DNA of 64,000 bases, from NCBI GenBank assembly GCA_000146045.2, contig BK006949.2, positions 352,001 through 416,000 on the forward strand, in the 5' to 3' direction. This document shows positions 23,302-32,772 of the stretch, piece by piece. How positions within the stretch are numbered: position 1 is the first letter of the stretch; every line of letters starts with the position of its first letter. Made by a program: the position numbers and the translations under genes. The DNA comes from TPA_inf: Saccharomyces (Eukaryota). The notes below the pieces were generated by a model. That model was given only the letters and a program-made list of their open reading frames with translations, had not been told where the DNA came from and did not search any database.

Positions 23302-23317
23302 TGACGTCACTTAGTAA
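23302..23317 (+). promoter_or_regulatory. perfect CRE/ATF palindrome TGACGTCA immediately followed by a Yap1-type element TTAGTAA, about 190 nt upstream of the GLR1 ATG
   Basis: ttGACGTCAcTTAGTAAgc seen directly. GLR1 is an established Yap1 oxidative-stress target; Sko1/Aca-family bZIPs bind TGACGTCA. Confidence 0.5.
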
Positions 23318-23501
23318 GCACGACCCTTGTCAATTTTTCGAGGATTTCGGAGCTTTCCATTTGGAATCTACTATTAAAATCAGTCTAAAAAAGTATAAGA
23401 AACACTTCTGGTTTTTCTCATGCGCTTCTCACTCTCAGTATATTTTGCTGCTTTCCTTCATATGTATATATATCTATTTACATATTAGTTTACAGAACTT
23501 T

Positions 23502-24953
23502 ATGCTTTCTGCAACCAAACAAACATTTAGAAGTCTACAGATAAGAACTATGTCCACGAACACCAAGCATTACGATTACCTCGTCATCGGGGGTGGCTCA
23601 GGGGGTGTTGCTTCCGCAAGAAGAGCTGCATCTTATGGTGCGAAGACATTACTAGTTGAAGCTAAGGCTCTTGGTGGTACCTGTGTTAACGTGGGTTGTG
23701 TTCCGAAGAAAGTCATGTGGTATGCTTCTGACCTCGCTACTAGAGTATCCCATGCAAATGAATATGGATTATATCAGAATCTTCCATTAGATAAAGAGCA
23801 TTTGACTTTTAATTGGCCAGAATTTAAGCAGAAAAGGGATGCTTATGTCCATAGGTTGAACGGTATATACCAGAAGAATTTAGAAAAAGAAAAAGTGGAT
23901 GTTGTATTTGGATGGGCTAGATTCAATAAGGACGGTAATGTTGAAGTTCAGAAAAGGGATAATACTACTGAAGTTTACTCCGCTAACCATATTTTAGTTG
24001 CGACCGGTGGAAAGGCTATTTTCCCCGAAAACATTCCAGGTTTCGAATTAGGTACTGATTCTGATGGGTTCTTTAGATTGGAAGAACAACCTAAGAAAGT
24101 TGTTGTTGTTGGCGCTGGTTATATTGGTATTGAGCTAGCAGGTGTGTTCCATGGGCTGGGATCCGAAACGCACTTGGTAATTAGAGGTGAAACTGTCTTG
24201 AGAAAATTTGATGAATGCATCCAGAACACTATTACTGACCATTACGTAAAGGAAGGCATCAACGTTCATAAACTATCCAAAATTGTTAAGGTGGAGAAAA
24301 ATGTAGAAACTGACAAACTGAAAATACATATGAATGACTCAAAGTCCATCGATGACGTTGACGAATTAATTTGGACAATTGGACGTAAATCCCATCTAGG
24401 TATGGGTTCAGAAAATGTAGGTATAAAGCTGAACTCTCATGACCAAATAATTGCTGATGAATATCAGAACACCAATGTTCCAAACATTTATTCTCTAGGT
24501 GACGTTGTTGGAAAAGTTGAATTGACACCTGTCGCTATTGCAGCGGGCAGAAAGCTGTCTAATAGACTGTTTGGTCCAGAGAAATTCCGTAATGACAAAC
24601 TAGATTACGAGAACGTCCCCAGCGTAATTTTCTCACATCCTGAAGCCGGTTCCATTGGTATTTCTGAGAAGGAAGCCATTGAAAAGTACGGTAAGGAGAA
24701 TATAAAGGTCTACAATTCCAAATTTACCGCCATGTACTATGCTATGTTGAGTGAGAAATCACCCACAAGATATAAAATTGTTTGTGCGGGACCAAATGAA
24801 AAGGTTGTCGGTCTGCACATTGTTGGTGATTCCTCTGCAGAAATCTTGCAAGGGTTCGGTGTTGCTATAAAGATGGGTGCCACTAAGGCTGATTTCGATA
24901 ATTGTGTTGCTATTCATCCGACTAGCGCAGAAGAATTGGTTACTATGAGATGA
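23502..24953 (+). CDS. GLR1: glutathione reductase (483 aa) with N-terminal mitochondrial presequence; a second in-frame ATG at 23550 (codon 17) gives the cytosolic form
   Basis: The track ORF starts at a TTG 67 codons upstream. ATG 23502 gives [35 protein letters not shown]... FAD-binding GGGSGG and redox-active [10 protein letters not shown] motifs present. Length 483 aa matches YPL091W. Confidence 0.93.
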   Translation: MLSATKQTFRSLQIRTMSTNTKHYDYLVIGGGSGGVASARRAASYGAKTLLVEAKALGGTCVNVGCVPKKVMWYASDLATRVSHANEYGLYQNLPLDKEHLTFNWPEFKQKRDAYVHRLNGIYQKNLEKEKVDVVFGWARFNKDGNVEVQKRDNTTEVYSANHILVATGGKAIFPENIPGFELGTDSDGFFRLEEQPKKVVVVGAGYIGIELAGVFHGLGSETHLVIRGETVLRKFDECIQNTITDHYVKEGINVHKLSKIVKVEKNVETDKLKIHMNDSKSIDDVDELIWTIGRKSHLGMGSENVGIKLNSHDQIIADEYQNTNVPNIYSLGDVVGKVELTPVAIAAGRKLSNRLFGPEKFRNDKLDYENVPSVIFSHPEAGSIGISEKEAIEKYGKENIKVYNSKFTAMYYAMLSEKSPTRYKIVCAGPNEKVVGLHIVGDSSAEILQGFGVAIKMGATKADFDNCVAIHPTSAEELVTMR

Positions 24954-25290
24954 AGCAACGAAACTAGACGTCCAATCTGCTGTTGCTATACTGGACTTTT
25001 GTACTCTTGTAAACAATCTTATATAGCATCCTGAAATACGTAGTAATTTTGTCATTTCTGTTCAAGGACAAGGGTTCCTTTTTTTTTCAGACTATTAGCT
25101 ACTGTGGACTCGCTTGGATATTCAGTTGAGGATACATTCCGACTCTCGTTTACAATACATATGATTATTTTTCTTTTTGTTAATTATATAAAAAATAAAG
25201 TTATTTGATTTTAAGCTTAAAAATACACAAAATACAGAATAAGAAAGGAGTTTTTGAACAAAAGAATTTATCTTTTACTGCTTTCTAACT

Positions 25291-25995
25291 TTAAGCCTTC
25301 AAAGAAGAAGCTCTTCTCTTTCTGATTTCAGCCTTCTCAGCCTTTCTTTCAGACAATCTCTTAGCCAACAATTGAGCGTATTCGGCAGCAGCTTCTCTTT
25401 GAGCTTGAGCGTTTCTGACCTTCAAAGCTCTTTGGTGTCTCTTTCTTTGCAATCTTTGAGGAGTAACCAATCTTTGGATCTTTGGAGCCTTGGTGTAAGT
25501 CTTTTCACCCTTGGTGACTTCTCTTCTGATGACGAAATCACGAACGTCATCTTCCTTGGACAAACCGAAGAACTTTCTGATGTTGTTAGCTCTCTTTGGA
25601 CCCAATCTCTTTGGAACAGTAGTGTCAGTTAGACCTTCCAATTCTTGCTCACCCTTCTTGACAATGACCAAAGCCAAGACAGCCAAATCTGGACCAACAA
25701 TGGCACCTCTGACGGACTTTCTCTTTCTTTCACCATCACGTCTTGGTCTGTAACAAGAAACGTTCTTGGTCAACAACAACTTGATTCTAGTTGGCAACAA
25801 AACACCTTGCTTCATTGGGAAACCTTGTTTGTCGTTACCACCAGAGATCTTGAAGACGTAACCCTTGAATTCGTCACCAACGGCTTCACCATCGACTTCT
25901 TGACCGATTCTCTTGTCGAAGAAAACACGAATACGGTGTTCATCATCAATTTCGAAGGTCTTTTGAGACCCGTTAACTGGGTAAGAAATGTTCAA
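25291..25995 (-). CDS. RPS6A: ribosomal protein S6e, exon 2 (codons 3-236 plus stop)
   Basis: The translation is eS6 ([65 protein letters not shown]...). The intron 3' end, read 5'->3' on the minus strand, is AAATAG followed by exon TTGAAC at 25995. Exon 1 (6 nt) plus exon 2 give 236 aa. Confidence 0.9.
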
Positions 25996-26389
25996 CTATT
26001 TTAAATTTTCAACAGGTTATTAAGAAAATTTGTTAGTATACTATTGCAAAATTAATGTTTGAATAGGGTGAAGTTTATTACTCTAGAGAAATTATTAAGT
26101 GGAAGATGAAAAAGCTTGTCTTTTATTGACTATACTCCAAGTATATGAACTGCTTCAATTTCACGGTTTGTAGTAACAGTATATGTAAACCCGCTCTGTT
26201 TGTTTAAAAATAACGCCACAAACGCATCAATTAGTATATGGTAGTCTTCCTGCTTCTTTCCATAAAAAATTTCTAAAATCTTTACGACGTCTGGTTCTGT
26301 TTAGTTCTTTCTCACTTTCAAACTTTCATGCCATTTTTCCACATATAAAGTTCTCTGTTGCCCCTCAATAATAGTATCATAAATCATAC
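25996..26389 (-). other. RPS6A: spliceosomal intron of RPS6A (394 nt)
   Basis: On the minus strand: 5'SS GUAUGA immediately after ATGAAG; branch point TACTAAC at 26032-26038; 3'SS AG at 25997-25996. Confidence 0.85.
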
Positions 26390-26395
26390 CTTCAT
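26390..26395 (-). CDS. RPS6A: ribosomal protein S6e, exon 1 (ATG AAG)
   Basis: Minus-strand ATGAAG is followed directly by GTATGA. Joining to exon 2 restores MKLNISYP..., the known eS6 N-terminus. Confidence 0.85.
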
Positions 26396-26813
26396 GATGT
26401 ATAGTCTGTCTTCACTCTTTTGTCACTTCTCTTAAGCAAATATAAAAATTCAATGACGAATAAGCATTAACCACTTTATCCTTGGTAACACTGTATATGA
26501 AATTTCAAAGAAACTGCAGCATCATGATGTTCCTAGACGTCGGTACTGGAATTCCCACCCAGTAGACTTACCTAGGTAGCGGCATTCCTCCAACGCTTAC
26601 CAGGAGAGATAACTTTCCCGCTAGAATCGATAGAGGAGCGTGGAATTACGCCAATCTTCCAAGTGGGAACGGGCAGAGTGTCCAGTGGCTTCCTGCCTAC
26701 AGAATGCACGGCCCCAGTGGGATTGGTGCAATCGCGCACGTTCCAACTTTCCGATGCTCCGGCGCGTCGATGACAATTTTACACATGAAAAACGAACTAT
26801 GTAAAAATAGTTG

Positions 26814-26852
26814 AAATGTATGGGTTCAATGAGAACTCGAATGTACGGATGT
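26814..26852 (-). promoter_or_regulatory. two tandem Rap1-type sites, about 420-460 nt upstream of the RPS6A ATG
   Basis: Minus-strand sequences AACCCATACATTT (26826-26814) and ACATCCGTACATT (26852-26840), 13 nt apart. The paired arrangement and distance are typical of ribosomal-protein gene promoters. Confidence 0.55.
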
Positions 26853-27119
26853 TTTCTCTGAATGAACCTCTTGTCTTCTTCCGGCTTCTGCTTACATCAA
26901 ACTCCAGGCCAGGCGGCAATTCATTTTAGTTGCTAATGCACAAAAGAGTACTTAAATACTATCATTATTCAGAAAATGCAATTGAGTTTTTCGTTTTTCT
27001 TCCTTGTTTGGGTTATTCACTACGTAAATATGTGCATTTACAATAATATAAATATAAATTTTTTAAATGAAAAGAAGTTTCTTATGCTTGGAATATTCAT
27101 ACTGGTCAAATTTTTTGGT

Positions 27120-29150
27120 TTATATTTTGCTTGAATTTTTTTCTCCTGAAATATCAGTCGAAAAATTAAAGAATTTAGTGCCTAGTGGTGTTTGAGCAGT
27201 ATTTATGTATGGAGTCAGCCCGGTATTTCCATTATATGCGGTGGCAGCAGCATCATATGTACTTGAGTTGGACTGATTGTTCGAGTCACCATCGGTAGTA
27301 TGTTCTGAAATAGCAGCTCCATTTACGGGTGCATCTTCATTATTACTATAGTAACTGTTATTGCTATTGTTACTGTTATTGTCGTTGCCGTTGTTGCTGT
27401 TGTTGTTGCTGCTGTTGTTGTTGTTATTGTTGTTGTTGTTGTTAGTGTTGTTAGTGCTGCTGATATTGCTGGAGTTGCCGTTGTTTACGGCCGTCTGTAC
27501 GGGAGGGAAAGTACCAGGATTGTTTGTGTTTCCCGGCTTGGCACTGTTGGGTCCCATTGACCAGTCTGGAAACATCGATATAGAAGAAACATTTGGAGAA
27601 TTACTCATCAAATCATGTACGAACTTCGATGGCAGTGAACCAGTTGGAGGGCCATTGCTGGTTTCAGGGCCGGAAAAAGTTGAAGGGGGGCGTCCGGTTA
27701 ATGTTGTAGTTAATGGTACTGTTTGGCTCTGTTTTTTGAAAGACATTTGTTGGTATTGCTGGGTTTGTCTTTGAGCTAAAAAAGATGTATTTTGTTGGAA
27801 AGGTCCGCCAGGAATATTCGATGGTTGCAAGGGAGTGGCAATGTATGGCTGTGTTGCAGAAAAAAGAGGTGAAGACCCACTTCCGAAAGGATAAGGGTGA
27901 TTGTTATTGTTACTGCCATTACCATTGTTAGAACCGTTAGGCGCATTTGCATTTGGCAATTTTATTACCATTCTGCCATTATTACCTTTTTGGAGAGTTA
28001 AGGGGCCTGAGGCAGATGCGGATAGTGGAGAAATTTTGCTAGACCTACTTGTTTTGTTTTCTTTCATTATCTGCGAAGAGCCCATACTATTGCCGTTGGC
28101 CGATGTGGAGGAGGCAGAGGAGGGTTCACTTGGAATAGCGGAATTACTGCTGAAATTGTTGTTCGGAATTCTCACACGAAGTACCGGTCTGGCGGACAAT
28201 TTCCTTCTTGCTTTGACAGTCTGCTGAATAGAGTCTTCCAAAGAATTAGATGGTGACTGAGTGTAGTTGCTGTTGTCATTATTATTGCTGCCACTATTGT
28301 TAATTTTGTGCTCCTGTTTAGGGGTCCTTGAGGATGCATTTGTAAATGGCTTACTGAACTTGTTCGGTGAAATGGAAATGGGTGGAGGACGACCATTAAA
28401 GGAAGAGTTTTGAAAGCTTGGTAATTTTGGAAAATCCATCGTGGAAGGAGAAGATGAACTGGATGAAGGCTGGTTAAGATTGTACATGCTACTATGGTAT
28501 GGTCTCGATATATTTTGCTGCTGTTGCTGTTGCGGAGTTCTACTTATTTGCAAAGGATCCGGTTTCAATCTTTTCAAATGTTGTAAAGGCGGCAGCGCGT
28601 TCTCAGGATGACGTTTATTTTGCTCACTACCATCCATCTTTGAAATGAGTGCGGTCGGGGATAACAACTTCATGTGTGCACTCGGTATATTTTTATCAGA
28701 GGCTTTTTTATTCGAATGCATATTTGAATTCCTCTCAAAATTGCCATGATCATCGTCGTCCTCATCATTGTTCTCATCATCATCATTTTCTGACTGGTTC
28801 ATTCCTTTAACATTTGATTTCGAAGGCTTATTTGACATAGACGACCTGAGTAGGTCTTGATTTATGTTAACGGATGCACTTTTGTGAAAGTCTCCATAAT
28901 CGGAAGGATCTTTCACTTCGTGAAGCAAGTTTTTGTCATTTTGGTAGTGATAGATTAAATCATTCGTATCCACAGAGGAAAACTCATAGAACGTGTTATT
29001 GGACCCCAGTATAATGACGGCTATGTCTACTTGACAAAGAACGGATAGTTCATGGGCCTTCTTAAAAAGGCCAGCTTTACGTTTTATAAACGTGACAGCC
29101 CTATTTCTGTCATCAGAAATTCTCTGGATTTCAATCTTCCGTCTACCCAT
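27120..29150 (-). CDS. RLM1: MADS-box (MEF2-type) transcription factor of the cell-wall integrity pathway (676 aa)
   Basis: N-terminus [49 protein letters not shown] is a MADS box. A long Q/N/S-rich low-complexity region follows. Length 676 aa matches YPL089C. Confidence 0.95.
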   Translation of the reverse strand: MGRRKIEIQRISDDRNRAVTFIKRKAGLFKKAHELSVLCQVDIAVIILGSNNTFYEFSSVDTNDLIYHYQNDKNLLHEVKDPSDYGDFHKSASVNINQDLLRSSMSNKPSKSNVKGMNQSENDDDENNDEDDDDHGNFERNSNMHSNKKASDKNIPSAHMKLLSPTALISKMDGSEQNKRHPENALPPLQHLKRLKPDPLQISRTPQQQQQQNISRPYHSSMYNLNQPSSSSSSPSTMDFPKLPSFQNSSFNGRPPPISISPNKFSKPFTNASSRTPKQEHKINNSGSNNNDNSNYTQSPSNSLEDSIQQTVKARRKLSARPVLRVRIPNNNFSSNSAIPSEPSSASSTSANGNSMGSSQIMKENKTSRSSKISPLSASASGPLTLQKGNNGRMVIKLPNANAPNGSNNGNGSNNNNHPYPFGSGSSPLFSATQPYIATPLQPSNIPGGPFQQNTSFLAQRQTQQYQQMSFKKQSQTVPLTTTLTGRPPSTFSGPETSNGPPTGSLPSKFVHDLMSNSPNVSSISMFPDWSMGPNSAKPGNTNNPGTFPPVQTAVNNGNSSNISSTNNTNNNNNNNNNNSSNNNSNNGNDNNSNNSNNSYYSNNEDAPVNGAAISEHTTDGDSNNQSNSSTYDAAATAYNGNTGLTPYINTAQTPLGTKFFNFSTDISGEKNSSKI
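27352..27475 (-). repeat. RLM1: imperfect (AAC/AAT/AGC)n trinucleotide tract encoding a poly-Asn/Ser run in RLM1
   Basis: The plus strand shows (GTT/ATT/GCT)n. It translates to [33 protein letters not shown] within the Rlm1 C-terminal region. Confidence 0.8.
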
Positions 29151-29847
29151 GTTGTATCTATAGTATAGTTTTGCGACACTTTAATATTTAAGTTTTTTTC
29201 ACGCTTCAGCCTGTTTGCTCCGGGGGATATTAACCTCACAACGTGATAGAAACCTTGAAAAAAAAAAAGAATAATTCTGCTTGCCAGCTTTCAATTACTT
29301 TAACGAGTCAAAAGTTGAGTTGGCTATCAGGAGTAGGCAGTTCTAATTGAATCAGTCGTTGAACACTTTAGAACAGGCTCGCTTCTTTCTTACGTTTCTT
29401 TTTGTCTGTCCTTTAATTATTATTGTTCAGAGGAAGATCGAGCTGTTTCTATTATTAGCTTTCATCTCTTCCGTTTTATTTTTATCAGAAATCTGAAGTA
29501 AATTTTTTTCTTTCTTTCTGCGGCTTGGCATTCATCACCCGGTGATGCTGCGCCGTTAAGAGAGCCCAATAATGATAAGACGATTTCTGCATTTAATATA
29601 CGACTGAGACAGACTTCGTCACCGTGGAAGTATTTTTTGCGAACGTGGAAGTATTTCACCCACGTATGGCAGGCAAGAACGCATTTTCAATAACGTTATT
29701 TCCACGGAAAAATGTGATTAGTGTAGTAGGTTAGGAACGGGAGATAACTCGGCCGCTTGGTTTGAATTTGTTTCCCTTCGATTTTGTTTTCATTGCTTGA
29801 GTAAAAGAAGCTAAGCTAACATCTGCCTTATTCTTCTCAGCCTTTTC

Positions 29848-29875
29848 GTATATATATATATATATATATATATAT
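29848..29875. repeat. (TA)14 dinucleotide microsatellite in the RLM1 / YPL088W divergent promoter
   Basis: Perfect tatatatatatatatatatatatatata run seen directly, about 90 nt upstream of the YPL088W ATG. Confidence 0.9.
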
Positions 29876-29964
29876 TAGGACCCAGAGAACAAGGTATCAT
29901 ATATTAATTGTCTTGCCAACTATGTAATTTGGCTGTTACGGAAGACCCACATCAGGCGGCAGAA

Positions 29965-30993
29965 ATGGTTTTAGTTAAGCAGGTAAGACTCGGTAACTCA
30001 GGTCTTAAGATATCACCGATAGTGATAGGATGTATGTCATACGGGTCCAAGAAATGGGCGGACTGGGTCATAGAGGACAAGACCCAAATTTTCAAGATTA
30101 TGAAGCATTGTTACGATAAAGGTCTTCGTACTTTTGACACAGCAGATTTTTATTCTAATGGTTTGAGTGAAAGAATAATTAAGGAGTTTCTGGAGTACTA
30201 CAGTATAAAGAGAGAAACGGTGGTGATTATGACCAAAATTTACTTCCCAGTTGATGAAACGCTTGATTTGCATCATAACTTCACTTTAAATGAATTTGAA
30301 GAATTGGACTTGTCCAACCAGCGGGGTTTATCCAGAAAGCATATAATTGCTGGTGTCGAGAACTCTGTGAAAAGACTGGGCACATATATAGACCTTTTAC
30401 AAATTCACAGATTAGATCATGAAACGCCAATGAAAGAGATCATGAAGGCATTGAATGATGTTGTTGAAGCGGGCCACGTTAGATACATTGGGGCTTCGAG
30501 TATGTTGGCAACTGAATTTGCAGAACTGCAGTTCACAGCCGATAAATATGGCTGGTTTCAGTTCATTTCTTCGCAGTCTTACTACAATTTGCTCTATCGT
30601 GAAGATGAACGCGAATTGATTCCTTTTGCCAAAAGACACAATATTGGTTTACTTCCATGGTCTCCTAACGCACGAGGCATGTTGACTCGTCCTCTGAACC
30701 AAAGCACGGACAGGATTAAGAGTGATCCAACTTTCAAGTCGTTACATTTGGATAATCTCGAAGAAGAACAAAAGGAAATTATAAATCGTGTGGAAAAGGT
30801 GTCGAAGGACAAAAAAGTCTCGATGGCTATGCTCTCCATTGCATGGGTTTTGCATAAAGGATGTCACCCTATTGTGGGATTGAACACTACAGCAAGAGTA
30901 GACGAAGCGATTGCCGCACTACAAGTAACTCTAACAGAAGAAGAGATAAAGTACCTCGAGGAGCCCTACAAACCCCAGAGGCAAAGATGTTAA
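29965..30993 (+). CDS. YPL088W: aldo-keto reductase, aryl-alcohol-dehydrogenase-like (342 aa)
   Basis: The track ORF starts at a TTG 19 codons upstream; the first ATG at 29965 gives MVLVKQVRLGNSGLKISPIVIGCMSYGSKKW... AKR-family signatures present. Length 342 aa and position match YPL088W. Confidence 0.85.
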   Translation: MVLVKQVRLGNSGLKISPIVIGCMSYGSKKWADWVIEDKTQIFKIMKHCYDKGLRTFDTADFYSNGLSERIIKEFLEYYSIKRETVVIMTKIYFPVDETLDLHHNFTLNEFEELDLSNQRGLSRKHIIAGVENSVKRLGTYIDLLQIHRLDHETPMKEIMKALNDVVEAGHVRYIGASSMLATEFAELQFTADKYGWFQFISSQSYYNLLYREDERELIPFAKRHNIGLLPWSPNARGMLTRPLNQSTDRIKSDPTFKSLHLDNLEEEQKEIINRVEKVSKDKKVSMAMLSIAWVLHKGCHPIVGLNTTARVDEAIAALQVTLTEEEIKYLEEPYKPQRQRC

Positions 30994-31454
30994 GTTAGAT
31001 TTTCATGGGCCCACTGATATATAGAAGGCTAAATAACGAGAATCATATATACTGTAACATGACACCTGCTGATTTTTACTGATCGTAGCCATTCGGCTCA
31101 TATTACTTCATGTCCCTTTTTTAAATCCCTCGTTCCCGGAGAGTGGCATAGCATGTCCGATAGCGTACGCCAACCTACAGAATCAGGGGATCAGATTTCC
31201 TGAAAGCAACTTATCCATCAGTTTCTTTTTATAATGCCATAATGACAGGTGTGCCTTTCTTATTTTACTTCGCTTGCTTTCTTTCTATTGCATGCTTCAA
31301 TCTTTGAATATTTGCTAATAGTGAAAAAAAAAAAGGAAATAACTATCTGGTTTATCTGCATTGTTCTTCGTTTTTCAATTCAAGAATTTAAGCAAAAGGA
31401 TATATCATAGAACCTAGTGAATTTTTAAGAAAGTAAGATAAAGAAAAAAATCAA

Positions 31455-32408
31455 ATGCTGTTCAGCTGGCCTTATCCAGAAGCCCCGATTGAAGGTTATT
31501 GGGGCAAGCCAACTTCTCTGATTGATTGGTGCGAGGAGAATTATGTCGTATCCCCCTATATTGCAGAATGGTCAAATACTATTACCAATAGTATATTCTT
31601 AATGACCGCCTTCTATTCTACATATAGCGCTTGGCGTAATAAGTTAGAAACAAGGTATATATTGATAGGAATGGGGTTCTCGCTGGTTGGTATTGGTTCG
31701 TGGTTATTTCATATGACTTTACAGTATCGTTATCAATTGCTAGACGAACTACCAATGCTGTATGCGACCATCATCCCATCGTGGAGTATTTTTGCAGAAA
31801 CTCAAGAAATCTTGATTAAGGATGAGAAGAAAAGGAAGGAAAGCTCATTTAGAATCCAAATGGTCATTTCTTTTATCATGTGTGGTATAGTCACCATTTT
31901 AACCTGGATTTACGTTGTCGTCCAAAAGCCAGCAATTTTCCAAGTCCTTTATGGTATATTGACGCTTCTAGTTGTGGTTCTTTCTGGCTGGCTGACCTAC
32001 TATCACGTTCATGATTCATTTGCAAAGAAAAATCTTTTTATTACTATGGTTATGGGCATGATTCCTTTTGTCATTGGGTTCATTTGCTGGCAACTAGATA
32101 TTCACCTGTGTTCTTTTTGGATCTATATCCGGAGAACATATTTGGCCCTGCCATTAGGTGTTCTATTGGAACTGCATGCTTGGTGGCATCTTTTGACCGG
32201 TACTGGTGTCTATATCTTCGTCGTGTATTTGCAATATTTGAGAATATTAACCCATGGAAATCCAAATGACTTCTTATTTATATGGAGGTGGGGATTTTTC
32301 CCTGAGCTGGTAAGAAAGGGCTTACCGATTGGTACTTCTTATTCACTGGAGTATCTGGGGCCAATTGTAAATACACAGGTAGATGATGAAACAAAAAAGA
32401 ATAACTAA
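31455..32408 (+). CDS. YDC1: alkaline dihydroceramidase (317 aa), 7-TM CREST/ceramidase family
   Basis: ORF from ATG 31455 ([46 protein letters not shown]...). Polytopic membrane protein. Length matches YPL087W. Confidence 0.93.
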
Positions 32409-32599
32409 GGAGTGATTTTGTGCCATCCATTTGAATCTTCAAAATATATGTACGTATATGTTATGTATGTATATAAATTGTTGTACGTGCAATTGACCGA
32501 ACGTGTATATTTGTATATAGATATGTGACAAACTAAAGAGCTTACACTTCGTTCCTTCCCTTCTGTTCACCTTTTTTTATTATGCCTGACTATTCTAAA

Positions 32600-32610
32600 A
32601 TTTATGTTTA
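32600..32610 (+). promoter_or_regulatory. perfect 11/11 match to the ARS consensus sequence (WTTTAYRTTTW) in the YDC1/ELP3 convergent intergenic region; candidate replication origin
   Basis: ATTTATGTTTA lies in an AT-rich, gene-free 364-bp gap flanked by two 3' ends, with A/T-rich sequence on either side. From memory, an annotated ARS lies near here on chrXVI; this is unverified. Confidence 0.4.
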
Positions 32611-32772
32611 TGTGGCGTAAAATATCTTTCTTCTGAAAACACATGCAGCAGTTACTCCCATCATAAAAGGAATTAATAAATGAATAGTATAAACAATTAT
32701 TTACTTAAATATATTTAAATTTCTGCTTGGAAAACCGGCCATGTCGGCGGCACATAAAAGTTCTATTTACCT

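Noticed and set aside
17442-24953. N-terminally extended versions of EEB1, SEC62, SSU1, GLR1 (also SYH1, FMP30, YPL088W, YPL077C and SEC16 elsewhere) as given in the ORF track
   Set aside because: Where checked, the track's first M corresponds to TTG or GTG, not ATG. The extensions run through promoter elements (for example, the GLR1 extension starts inside the TGACGTCA/TTAGTAA motifs). Trimming to the first ATG reproduces the known protein lengths exactly.
27361-28227. Plus-strand ORFs 27361-27774 (poly-Leu) and 27901-28227 antisense to RLM1
   Set aside because: They are shadows of the RLM1 (AAC)n / Q,N,S-rich region, with no independent start context or domain.
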